Positions 8,490-16,630 of a DNA stretch of 64,000 nucleotides are shown piece by piece. The notes beneath the pieces are model-generated. The model was not told where the DNA came from. It saw nothing but the letters and a program-made list of their open reading frames with translations, and made no database searches. The DNA comes from Mycobacterium phage prophiT46-2: sequence record OQ417970.1; one strand, given 5' to 3'. The position numbers and the translations under genes were made by a program. Numbering within the stretch: the first letter of the stretch is position 1; each line of letters begins with the position of its first letter.

Positions 8490-8948
8490 ATGTCTGTGAC
8501 ATTCAACCGTGCCCAACTGATCAACGTCGCCAACTCTGCGCTCGCCGCGCATGAACGCGCTCGGGTCGACTACATCAAAGCGTGCGATAAGTACCGCGCC
8601 GACCACGCCCGTCAGCACGATAACACCGCCAAACTCCGAGTTGTCCGCGACTGGCTCACGGCCCAGCTGAAGAAGGGCGGCCCGATCGCAGAGCCCGGCA
8701 GCGACATTCTGGGCGGCGGAAACTTCCGCGGCCTGTTCTACACCCCACCAGGCAACTACGACGTCCGTAACTCGGTGGCCGAGCCGGACGGGCTGCTCTC
8801 GCCGGCACAGGCCATTGAGACACGGTCGCTACTCAAGGTGCTGGAGGCCGCTACCGGCGACACGGTGAGCGCCGCCGAGCTGAAGCTACTGGGACTCAAG
8901 AACCTTCAGCCGGTGTTCGCCGCCGCGGCTCGGGAGGCAGGCAAGTGA
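8490..8948 (+). CDS. hypothetical protein
   Basis: 152-aa ORF with SD GGAAGGAACACACC upstream. Confidence 0.5.
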   Translation: MSVTFNRAQLINVANSALAAHERARVDYIKACDKYRADHARQHDNTAKLRVVRDWLTAQLKKGGPIAEPGSDILGGGNFRGLFYTPPGNYDVRNSVAEPDGLLSPAQAIETRSLLKVLEAATGDTVSAAELKLLGLKNLQPVFAAAAREAGK

Positions 8949-10015
8949 GTATCACCGTGGCAACGAAGAAACTGATCGAAGTCCTGACCGACGCGCTTGC
9001 GGTGAGCAATGGGACTGGTGGAGGTGTTCACCTCACCACTACCCGCGGGCCGTGGCGCGAGGAACCCGGGGACGTGGATCTACTGGTTGCGACATCGACC
9101 ACCAAGAACGTCCTTGGGCATACCTGGATTCCGGTCGACGGCCGGATCGACCCGATGGTGTGGCCCTGCCAGTCGGTGAAAGACGTGTTGACGCTGTGCA
9201 AGTCGTGGCTGAAGGGCGACGAACACACCGTCGATATCGATCTGGAATTGGCCGACCCGCCCGAGAACAAGAAGGACGACGGGCACCCCGGGTGGACTAT
9301 CAAGCTGACCGAGACTCCAGCACTGTTCGACTCGGACAACACCATTAAGTTCCACGCGCACCACGGTTCTCGGTTCCCCCTCGAACTGGTCAGTCGGATT
9401 CGGACAGGCCGGTTCCCGGCGAGAGACGACTACGAGGAGGTGCCGCTGACACTGTGGTCGGCTGCGGTGTTGTCGCCGCTGGTGAAGGTCGCTAAACGCC
9501 GAAACATGCAGATCCAAATGTTCCGCTCGCCGGAACGACGGCTACAGCTCGTGCAGATCGGCGACACCTGGATCGGTGCGGCCACCCCCGGCGTACCCCT
9601 GCCAGGAGACCCGACCGACGAGCCGAGCATCGAACCGGTACTGGGCGCAGAAGACGACCTCGTTGCCGCGTTGAAGGAGATGAAGCGCAGCGGCATCACC
9701 GTCTCAGTCGAGAGCCCGCAAGGCATGCTCGGGGAGGTCGTGGCTGACGCGGCCGACAAGTTGGCCGGCGGCGCCGGCTCGCGGGAGCTGCTGCGGCAGG
9801 CCGTGGAGCTGATAACCACCACACAATTCGTGTCGGCCGCCAACCTGCAGCGCAAGCTCAACGTCGGATTCGCAAAGGCTGAATGGATTCTCGCCGAGCT
9901 GACCGCGGCAGGAATCGTGACAGCGGCCGAGGGCACCAGCGCACGTAAGGCGCTGTTCGGGCCCGCCCAGGTGGCCGACGCACTCAAGGCGCTCGGGAAT
10001 GTGAGCGAGCAGTGA
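8945..10015 (+). CDS. hypothetical protein with a C-terminal FtsK-gamma-like winged-helix; N-terminus weakly reminiscent of a beta-clamp (DnaN) fold
   Basis: C-terminal ELLRQAVELITTTQFVSAANLQRKLNVGFAKAEWILAELTAAGIV resembles FtsK gamma (DNA-binding); N-terminal KKLIEVLTDALAVSNGTGGGVHLTTT. Confidence 0.45.
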   Translation: MSITVATKKLIEVLTDALAVSNGTGGGVHLTTTRGPWREEPGDVDLLVATSTTKNVLGHTWIPVDGRIDPMVWPCQSVKDVLTLCKSWLKGDEHTVDIDLELADPPENKKDDGHPGWTIKLTETPALFDSDNTIKFHAHHGSRFPLELVSRIRTGRFPARDDYEEVPLTLWSAAVLSPLVKVAKRRNMQIQMFRSPERRLQLVQIGDTWIGAATPGVPLPGDPTDEPSIEPVLGAEDDLVAALKEMKRSGITVSVESPQGMLGEVVADAADKLAGGAGSRELLRQAVELITTTQFVSAANLQRKLNVGFAKAEWILAELTAAGIVTAAEGTSARKALFGPAQVADALKALGNVSEQ

Positions 10016-10443
10016 CGACGCCGACGCTGCTGAACACCTCGGATGTGGTGTTCTTCGTTCCGGGTAAGCCCGCCCCGCAGGGCAGCAAGAGACATGTCGG
10101 CCGAGGGGTCCTCGTCGAATCGTCGAAAGAGGTTGGCCCGTGGCGCGAACGGGTCGCGCTGGTGGCGCACGGGGCGATGGCGGGCCGCCCAATGTTCGAC
10201 GGGCCGGTGTCGGTCACGCTGCAATTCGTCCTGCCCAGGCCGAAATCAGCGCCCAAGACCCGCACACCGGCGGCCACCAAACGGCCCGACCTCGACAAAC
10301 TGGAACGCGCGATCCTCGACGCCCTCACAGATGTGTGCTTCGCCGACGACTCGCAGGTGGTGAGCCTGTCCGGCTACAAGCGGATAGCCGAGCTGGGGGA
10401 GACGGCAGGCGTCGAGGTCCGCGTAGAGGGCTTCGGATTATGA
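10012..10443 (+). CDS. rusA: RusA-family Holliday junction resolvase
   Basis: PDLDKLERAILDALTDVCFADDSQVV matches the RusA catalytic region; 143 aa. Confidence 0.8.
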   Translation: MTTPTLLNTSDVVFFVPGKPAPQGSKRHVGRGVLVESSKEVGPWRERVALVAHGAMAGRPMFDGPVSVTLQFVLPRPKSAPKTRTPAATKRPDLDKLERAILDALTDVCFADDSQVVSLSGYKRIAELGETAGVEVRVEGFGL

Positions 10444-10685
10444 GCCTGAGGTGGCGCGGACACAGCGAGATCATCGGTGCCCTTGTCGCGGTCGGGCTGC
10501 GCGGCACCTACATGGTTCAGAGCGTCGGCCGCGAATGGGTCCTGCAGGGTGTTGGGCACGACGGCCTGCCCATGCTGGCATTGCCCGCGGAGGGTAAGGC
10601 GTTCGCCGCGTTGCATACCGCGCAGCTGTACGCCATCGAGCTCGAGCGCAAGGGTGCCGTCGAATCCCAGGCGAGTGGGTGCTGA
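10440..10685 (+). CDS. hypothetical protein
   Basis: ATGA overlap with rusA; 81 aa. Confidence 0.4.
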   Translation: MSLRWRGHSEIIGALVAVGLRGTYMVQSVGREWVLQGVGHDGLPMLALPAEGKAFAALHTAQLYAIELERKGAVESQASGC

Positions 10686-10963
10686 CGATGAGCGTTCACT
10701 CAACGGGCGCCGATGCCGAGCCCGCCCGTTACGACGGCGGCATGAGGAACGTGCTGGAAGCGATCGACCGCGGCGCAGTGCTCGGCATCCTCGGCGCAGC
10801 CGACACCGCGCTGGCCACCAAGCAGCTCGCCGAGCGACAGGGAAAGGCGCTTGAGGAGATTCGCGGAGTGGCTGAGTACTGGCGAGATAACCCGCACTTT
10901 GGTCTAGAGATTCAGCAAGGCGCACGCCGAATCCTTCGCGCGATCGACGAGGCAGGTGCGTGA
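10679..10963 (+). CDS. hypothetical protein
   Basis: 94-aa ORF overlapping the neighbouring stop and start codons. Confidence 0.45.
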   Translation: MLTMSVHSTGADAEPARYDGGMRNVLEAIDRGAVLGILGAADTALATKQLAERQGKALEEIRGVAEYWRDNPHFGLEIQQGARRILRAIDEAGA

Positions 10964-12210
10964 TGCTGGCACCCAGGATCGGATCACTCTTCTCCGGCGC
11001 CGGTGGCCTCGACCTGGCCGTTGAGCATGTCGCTGGCGGCCGCACGGTGTGGCATTGCGAGGCCGACCCGGATGCCTCGAGAGTGCTTGCCGCCCATTGG
11101 CCGGGCGTGCCGAACCTCGGAGACATCACCGCCGTTGATTGGTCGGCAGTCGAGCCCGTAGACGTGCTGTGCGGCGGGTTTCCTTGCCAGGACGTGTCCG
11201 CGGCGGGCCGTCGCGCCGGTATCGCATCGGGCACAAGGTCGGGGCTCTGGCTGGAGTACGCCGAGGCAATCAATCAACTGCGACCACGACTGGTGGTCAT
11301 CGAGAACGTCAGGGGGCTACTCAGTGGCTACGCCCATCGCGCAATGGAACCCGGCCCGGATGATCTGGGAGACCGATCAAGCCGACCTCTTCTGCGAGCA
11401 GCGGGAGCCGTACTCGGAGACCTGGCCGACCTCGGGTACGACGCGCAATGGACAACTGTTGCCGCTTCCGAAGTCGGGGCACCGCACCGCCGCGAACGGG
11501 TCTTCATTGTTGCCCACCCCGCGGGCAGCGGCCGACCGAACCAGCAGAAGCGCGGCAATGCGCCGAGATTCGATGTCATCGCCGAGCCTGGCGCAGGCGA
11601 TCGAGATAGCGCGCGGGGAGCTACCGCGGGAATTCACCAGCTGGAACGAAGTGCCCGCGAGCTGGCAGCCGTAGATCTATTGCCGACTCCGACGGCCAGC
11701 CGATACGGAAGCAACCAGTCTCCGAGCCCCGGCGTAGCGGTGCGTCCAGGCCTGGACTCGATCGCAGACCTGTTGCCAACGCCTAATGCCAGTGACGCGA
11801 CCGGTGGCGGACAGACGCCCGACAAACGCGAGGGGCATTCTCGCCAGCTGATCGATTACGCACTCCTGAACGGCACGCCACAGTGGGGCAAGTATGAGCC
11901 CGCGATCAGGCGTTGGGAAGCCATCACCCGCGAGGCGCCCACACCGACGGAGCCTGGAGCCAGGGGAAATCCGCGCCTGGCCGCCGCGTTCTCTGAGTGG
12001 ATGATGGGCTGGCCGATCGGATGGGTTACACGAGTAGGCATCTCACACCCCGAGCGTCCCGGGATGCTCAAGAACGGCGTGGCACGTGACCATGCTACTG
12101 CTGCGCTGAGTCGATCCGCCATGCTGCGCATCATCGGCAACGGGGTGGTACCCCAGCAGGCGGTCGCGGCACTGCAATGGCTGCTCAGCGTTTGCGAGGT
12201 GGCCGCGTGA
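10960..12210 (+). CDS. dcm: DNA (cytosine-5)-methyltransferase
   Basis: Motif I FSGAGGLD, motif IV GGFPCQDVS, motif VI VIENVRGL; 416 aa. Confidence 0.85.
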   Translation: MMLAPRIGSLFSGAGGLDLAVEHVAGGRTVWHCEADPDASRVLAAHWPGVPNLGDITAVDWSAVEPVDVLCGGFPCQDVSAAGRRAGIASGTRSGLWLEYAEAINQLRPRLVVIENVRGLLSGYAHRAMEPGPDDLGDRSSRPLLRAAGAVLGDLADLGYDAQWTTVAASEVGAPHRRERVFIVAHPAGSGRPNQQKRGNAPRFDVIAEPGAGDRDSARGATAGIHQLERSARELAAVDLLPTPTASRYGSNQSPSPGVAVRPGLDSIADLLPTPNASDATGGGQTPDKREGHSRQLIDYALLNGTPQWGKYEPAIRRWEAITREAPTPTEPGARGNPRLAAAFSEWMMGWPIGWVTRVGISHPERPGMLKNGVARDHATAALSRSAMLRIIGNGVVPQQAVAALQWLLSVCEVAA

Positions 12211-12337
12211 CCCACTTGGACAGCAGTTCGCGGATTACCTCCGACACGCCGCCGTCGCGGCCTTCAAGGTCAGCTTTGTCTTGCGCTGCGCGCCATAATT
12301 CGTCGTCGATGCGCAGGCTGCGTAGCGGGCTAGGCAT
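12188..12337 (-). CDS. small ribbon-helix-helix-like protein (about 50 aa); longer alternative 12185..12442
   Basis: MPSPLRSLRIDDELWRAAQDKADLEGRDGGVSEVIRELL resembles RHH/CopG-type DNA-binding or antitoxin proteins; 8-nt overlap with the upstream - strand ORF. Confidence 0.35.
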
Positions 12338-12551
12338 TGGTTTCGAACGATTCGCCAGCGTAGATCGCAGCCCACCTACCGTCGGGTTGCGTAACAGCGA
12401 GCATGAGTCCACCTCGATTGATGGGGTGCTCAGTGATGGCACCGACGATCTTTGTGCCCGAGGCGGTTACATACGTGGCGGACGTGCCGATGAGATCGGC
12501 GCGGTAGGTGTTGTCGGTCGCCAGTTTGTACTCGTCAATCGTGATCTTCAC
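12333..12551 (-). CDS. small hypothetical protein (73 aa) from GTG 12551; ATG 12641 alternative would run through the palindrome
   Basis: - strand ORF starting 8 bp downstream of the perfect palindrome at 12559-12582; no recognisable family. Confidence 0.3.
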
Positions 12552-12558
12552 GAGCCGA

Positions 12559-12582
12559 GTGTATATACAGCTGTATATACAC
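12559..12582. promoter_or_regulatory. perfect 24-bp palindrome GTGTATATACAGCTGTATATACAC (AT-rich; candidate bidirectional promoter/operator)
   Basis: Exact inverted repeat with TGTATATAC extended -10-like elements on both strands, between the - strand small genes and the + strand Dam gene (ATG 12602). Confidence 0.6.
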
Positions 12583-12601
12583 GTCAAGGGGTGGTTGCCT
12601 G

Positions 12602-13456
12602 ATGACCCCACCCCCCATGGCCTATTTCGGCGGTAAGACACGCCTTGCTCGCCGGATCGCTGATCTGCTTCCCCGGCATGGCCACTACGTCGAACCGTTC
12701 GCGGGAGGCCTCTCCGTGCTGCTGGCCAAGAAGCCCAGTCGCATGGAAACGGTCAACGACCTAGACGACAGGCTGATGACGTTCTGGCGAGTACTCCGCG
12801 ACAAACCAGAGCAGCTGGCTCGCGCATGCGCCCTTACTCCGCATAGCCGTGCGGAGTACTCAACCGCCCGCGACGCCGATCTCGACACTATCGAGGACGA
12901 CGTCGAGCGGGCCCGCCTGATCTGGGTACAGATCGCCGAAGGCCGCGGCGGCACGCTGCTCCGACAGACGGGCTGGCGCTACTACGTCAACCCAAGCCAG
13001 AACTCAACCGGGATGCCCGGCTACCTCAGTGCGTACGTGGACCGGATGGCTGCGGCTGCCGAGCGGTTGCAACGTGTCAGCCTGGAGTCTCGGCCGGCGC
13101 TCGAAATCATCGAAAAGTACGGCGCCCATTCGAAATGCTGCCTGTACGTGGACCCGCCGTACCTCGCGACCACGCGCAGCACGTCCGGCGGCGGCAACGG
13201 CTACCGCATCGACATGCCGGCACGCGCCGAGCATGTAGAGCTGCTGCGTGCGCTGACGGGGTGCCAGGCATCCGTGGTGCTGTCCGGCTACCCCTCCGAG
13301 CTGTACGACGAGGCGCTTCGGGGCTGGGACCGCATCGAGATACCCCACATGACTGGACAAGGAAGCGGTGCCAATCAAGGCCGGACAGAGGTGATTTGGT
13401 CAAACCGCCCGCTGCTACAGCAGATGACCATCGGGTATCACGAGGCCGGTGAATGA
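12602..13456 (+). CDS. dam: DNA adenine (N6) methyltransferase, Dam/D12 class
   Basis: EPFAGGLSV (FxGxG) and DPPY motifs; 284 aa. Confidence 0.85.
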   Translation: MTPPPMAYFGGKTRLARRIADLLPRHGHYVEPFAGGLSVLLAKKPSRMETVNDLDDRLMTFWRVLRDKPEQLARACALTPHSRAEYSTARDADLDTIEDDVERARLIWVQIAEGRGGTLLRQTGWRYYVNPSQNSTGMPGYLSAYVDRMAAAAERLQRVSLESRPALEIIEKYGAHSKCCLYVDPPYLATTRSTSGGGNGYRIDMPARAEHVELLRALTGCQASVVLSGYPSELYDEALRGWDRIEIPHMTGQGSGANQGRTEVIWSNRPLLQQMTIGYHEAGE

Positions 13457-13584
13457 GCGACAACCTGATCTGCATCTGCGGCGATCACTTCTCGCAGCAC
13501 GTCGGCGACATCAACCCCAAGTCGCTTCTGTCCGACTGCCCCGGATTCGAAGCCGACCCGAAAGCGAACGGAGACAACCAATGA
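13453..13584 (+). CDS. small Cys-containing protein (43 aa)
   Basis: ATGA overlaps at both ends (with dam and with the next gene); MSDNLICICGDHFSQH ... DCPGF. Confidence 0.3.
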   Translation: MSDNLICICGDHFSQHVGDINPKSLLSDCPGFEADPKANGDNQ

Positions 13585-13844
13585 GCGATCCCTTGTTCAC
13601 TGCTGCCAAGCTGCTCGAATCGCACGGATATGCGGTCGTGGAGCTGCCGAAGCCGGTTGGGGTCAACGGCACTGACAACATCGTGTGGCTGAGTGACCCG
13701 TACATCGAGCAGGAATTCAACGGCGACATAACCATTTCCGACAGGCTGGGTATCGACGCCGACGAGCTGGAGGATGTCGCCGCCGCGCTGCTCGCCGCTA
13801 GCCGCCGGCACCAGGAGGAGGCGCGGCTATGGGGTGTCGGATGA
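13581..13844 (+). CDS. hypothetical protein
   Basis: 87 aa from ATG 13581; the longer ORF annotation 13449.. is in a region overlapping dam. Confidence 0.45.
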   Translation: MSDPLFTAAKLLESHGYAVVELPKPVGVNGTDNIVWLSDPYIEQEFNGDITISDRLGIDADELEDVAAALLAASRRHQEEARLWGVG

Positions 13845-14995
13845 GTAACGGCACCTCAATATCTGAGCCCGCTATCCGGGTCCTGTCTCTCGGGGCGGGT
13901 GTCCAGTCGACGGTGTTGGCGCTCATGGCGTGCGACGGCACGCTGCCTGGTCTGGATGCTGCGGTGTTCGCCGATACCGGGTGGGAACCGCCCGCGGTCT
14001 ATGAGCAGGTGGATCGGCTCGCCGCCGAGCTTGCCCGCGTTGATATCCCGCTGCACCGGGTCTCATCCGGCAACCTGCGGGCCGACACCCTCGACCCGGA
14101 AGCGCGATTCGTTTCGGTGCCATGGTTCACCTTGGCGCCCAAGGCTACCGAGGTGCCTGTTTATGGCGTATGCGCACCCTGCGGCGGCTCCGGCCGTGGA
14201 CCATCTGACGAGCCTGATTCATGTTCGGTGTGCGGTGGCGACGGCCGTGGGTCGATCGTGGGCACCAGGCTAGCCACTGCCACTGAACGGCACGGCATGG
14301 GGCGCCGCCAGTGCACCAGCGAGTACAAGCTCAAGCCGATCAAGGTGAAGGTGCGCGAGCTGCTGGGCTACCCGCACCCGACACCGGTGCCGCGTGATGT
14401 GTTCGCAGAGCAGTGGATCGGGTTCTCCACTGATGAGATCCACCGGGTACGCGACCGGCTGGACGTGAACTACTCCCGGCCGCGTTACCCGCTGCTGGAG
14501 CTGGGTATGTCCCGCAAGGACTGCCAGCGCTGGCTGGAGCGCGCGGGGTGGGGACACACCGCCAAGAGCGCCTGCATTGGGTGCCCGTTCCACGGCAATG
14601 CCCAGTGGCGGTACATGTACGAGCGGCGCGACATCTGCGCGACGTGCGGCCACGCCCGTGACGACCACTGGCGCGGGTTCGACGAACCGAAGGCGTGCGC
14701 GCATCTGTACAACCGGGACCAGCCCGAAGCGCCTGCCGATCTGTGCATGTGTAAGCGGTTCCACTCCCTCTGGGATGACGCGGTCGATTTCGATCGCCGT
14801 ATCCGCAAGGGCGGCGCCTCGGCCAACCCACTCGACGGCGAGGCGTTCCTGCACCGCTCACGAGTTCCGTTGGACCTGGCACCAATCGACCGCGTGACAC
14901 GTGCCGAGTACGCCGACATGCAGCTCGACCTATTCGAGGACGGCGACCCGGACGGCTGCTCGCCCTACGGCTGCCGCAGCGGCGAGGTGGCGTGA
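13829..14995 (+). CDS. phosphoadenosine-phosphosulfate reductase-like (PP-loop) Cys-rich enzyme, phage type; possible DNA or nucleotide modification role
   Basis: N-terminal PP-loop-like RVLSLGAGVQSTVLALMA; several Cys clusters (CAPCGGSG, CSVCGGDG, CIGCPFHG, CATCGH, CMCKRFH) as in DndC/PAPS-reductase-like Fe-S proteins. Confidence 0.6.
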   Translation: MGCRMSNGTSISEPAIRVLSLGAGVQSTVLALMACDGTLPGLDAAVFADTGWEPPAVYEQVDRLAAELARVDIPLHRVSSGNLRADTLDPEARFVSVPWFTLAPKATEVPVYGVCAPCGGSGRGPSDEPDSCSVCGGDGRGSIVGTRLATATERHGMGRRQCTSEYKLKPIKVKVRELLGYPHPTPVPRDVFAEQWIGFSTDEIHRVRDRLDVNYSRPRYPLLELGMSRKDCQRWLERAGWGHTAKSACIGCPFHGNAQWRYMYERRDICATCGHARDDHWRGFDEPKACAHLYNRDQPEAPADLCMCKRFHSLWDDAVDFDRRIRKGGASANPLDGEAFLHRSRVPLDLAPIDRVTRAEYADMQLDLFEDGDPDGCSPYGCRSGEVA

Positions 14996-15435
14996 TGGCT
15001 GTGCGTAAGTACATCTACCGCGTGGTTGTCGACGAGTGGCCGACCAAGGACGGCATGCCCTTCATAGACCAAGACTGGCGCTGGTGGGAGCAGATCGTCG
15101 ACTACTTCCACAACCCCGAGGGTGATGACCCGTCGCCCGCCTGGCTGCCCGATATCACCGGGTACCTGGAAGACCCGGGTGACGAATGGACGCCGGCGGG
15201 TTGGGGTAACAAGCCGCGATTCACCCGCCTTGTGTGCGAACCCGGAGACGAGCCCGACTACCCGAATGGATATCGGGGCTACGACGACCAGCCCGTGATC
15301 GCCGTGCCGATCGCTCCTGCCCGCCGGTTCATGCAACGGGCCCAGCCGGACGCGGCGGCAAAACAGCTGCGCGAGTGGGGATGCAAGGCACACGTGGAAC
15401 GCGCTGCCCTTGGTGATTGGGAGGAGGTGGCGTAA
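14992..15435 (+). CDS. hypothetical protein (Trp/Asp-rich)
   Basis: 147-aa ORF, ATGA overlap. Confidence 0.5.
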   Translation: MMAVRKYIYRVVVDEWPTKDGMPFIDQDWRWWEQIVDYFHNPEGDDPSPAWLPDITGYLEDPGDEWTPAGWGNKPRFTRLVCEPGDEPDYPNGYRGYDDQPVIAVPIAPARRFMQRAQPDAAAKQLREWGCKAHVERAALGDWEEVA

Positions 15436-15773
15436 TGCCCATACGTCCCGAGAACCGCGATCGCTACCCCAAGGACTGGCCTGAGATCTCGCGCCGCATC
15501 CGGTTCGAGCGCGCGCAAGGCCGCTGTGAGTGCGAGGGCGAGTGCCTGCGCGGTACACACCTCGACCGCTGCCCGAACGTCAACGGGCAGCCCGCCTACG
15601 GCACCGGCAGCCGCGTCGTGCTCACCGAGGACTGCCGGGATGAGAACCTGCGCGCGATGTGCCAGGGGTGCCACCTGCACTACGACCTAGAGCACCACGC
15701 GCAGACGCGCCAGCGGGCCCGCACGGCAGCTCTTGAGGCACAGATGGATTCGATGTTCGAGGGAGTGCAGTGA
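15435..15773 (+). CDS. HNH endonuclease
   Basis: CECEGEC ... CQGCHLHYD HNH-type zinc/His motif; start at ATG 15435 (the ORF track starts 15417). Confidence 0.65.
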   Translation: MPIRPENRDRYPKDWPEISRRIRFERAQGRCECEGECLRGTHLDRCPNVNGQPAYGTGSRVVLTEDCRDENLRAMCQGCHLHYDLEHHAQTRQRARTAALEAQMDSMFEGVQ

Positions 15774-16207
15774 TACCGGCCAATACTCCGTGCAAGTGGT
15801 GCGACACTCCACTCTCCGACTGCGACGGCGCGCGGCCCAGCCGGAAGTGCTGCCCGGACTGCCGACACCACAAGCGCATCCAGCGCAAGCGCACCGCGGG
15901 CTGGCGGATGCCAGAAGGCGCCATCTACGTCGGGCGGCCGAGCCAGTGGGGCAACCCGTACGTTGCGGGCCCAGGTCGCCCACGAATGCCATGGCTGCCA
16001 GAGGGGACCGTTCTGACCGTTGAGCAGACCGTCGCCTGCTATGCCGACATGGTTCGCGGCGGTGGCCCGAACATCAACGGCGATAGGTGGCTTACATCGC
16101 AAGTCGGTGTAATTCGCTACCTCCTGGCCGGGCATGACCTCGTGTGCTGGTGCCCGCTCGATCAGCCGTGCCATGCCGACGTGTTGCTTGAGCTGGCCAA
16201 TGGCTGA
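15770..16207 (+). CDS. DUF4326-like protein
   Basis: YVGRPSQWGNPY ... CWCPLDQPCHADVLLEL, a pattern seen in DUF4326 phage proteins. Confidence 0.5.
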   Translation: MIPANTPCKWCDTPLSDCDGARPSRKCCPDCRHHKRIQRKRTAGWRMPEGAIYVGRPSQWGNPYVAGPGRPRMPWLPEGTVLTVEQTVACYADMVRGGGPNINGDRWLTSQVGVIRYLLAGHDLVCWCPLDQPCHADVLLELANG

Positions 16208-16340
16208 GCTGCCGCGGGTGCTGTTCACGTATGCCGAATGCCGCGCGCTGGGCCGCTGCACGTACTGCGGTTGGCACCCACCCACGCAGGGCCACCACCC
16301 GAATTGCCCACGCCCACAGAAACGGAAGGGACGTCGATGA
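16203..16340 (+). CDS. small Cys-rich protein (45 aa)
   Basis: ATGA overlaps on both sides; CRALGRCTYCGWH. Confidence 0.3.
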   Translation, partial: AELPRVLFTYAECRALGRCTYCGWHPPTQGHHPNCPRPQKRKGRR

Positions 16341-16630
16341 GTCGGAACTGGCAGGCCCGCGCTGTGTGCCGGGACGAAGACCCCGAGCTGTTCTTCCCTG
16401 ACCCGTCCGACACCGTGACTGCGCGGGCAGCCCAGAGGGTGTGCGCCAAATGTCCTGTGAGGCCGCAGTGCCGGGCCGCCGCCAGCGCGAGACGCGAACC
16501 GTACGGGATCTGGGGCGGCGTCAACCGCGAGCTGGACGCGGACAGGCGACGACGATCCGCCTTTTCACCCCCGACGAATGAAATCAGCACACCGCCCACC
16601 ACCCCGACCACCGCAGAGGCAGCACAGTGA
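16337..16630 (+). CDS. whiB: WhiB-family transcription factor
   Basis: Four Cys (C-x-C ... CAKCPVRPQC) and the GIWGG turn typical of WhiB (Wbl) proteins. Confidence 0.75.
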   Translation: MSRNWQARAVCRDEDPELFFPDPSDTVTARAAQRVCAKCPVRPQCRAAASARREPYGIWGGVNRELDADRRRRSAFSPPTNEISTPPTTPTTAEAAQ

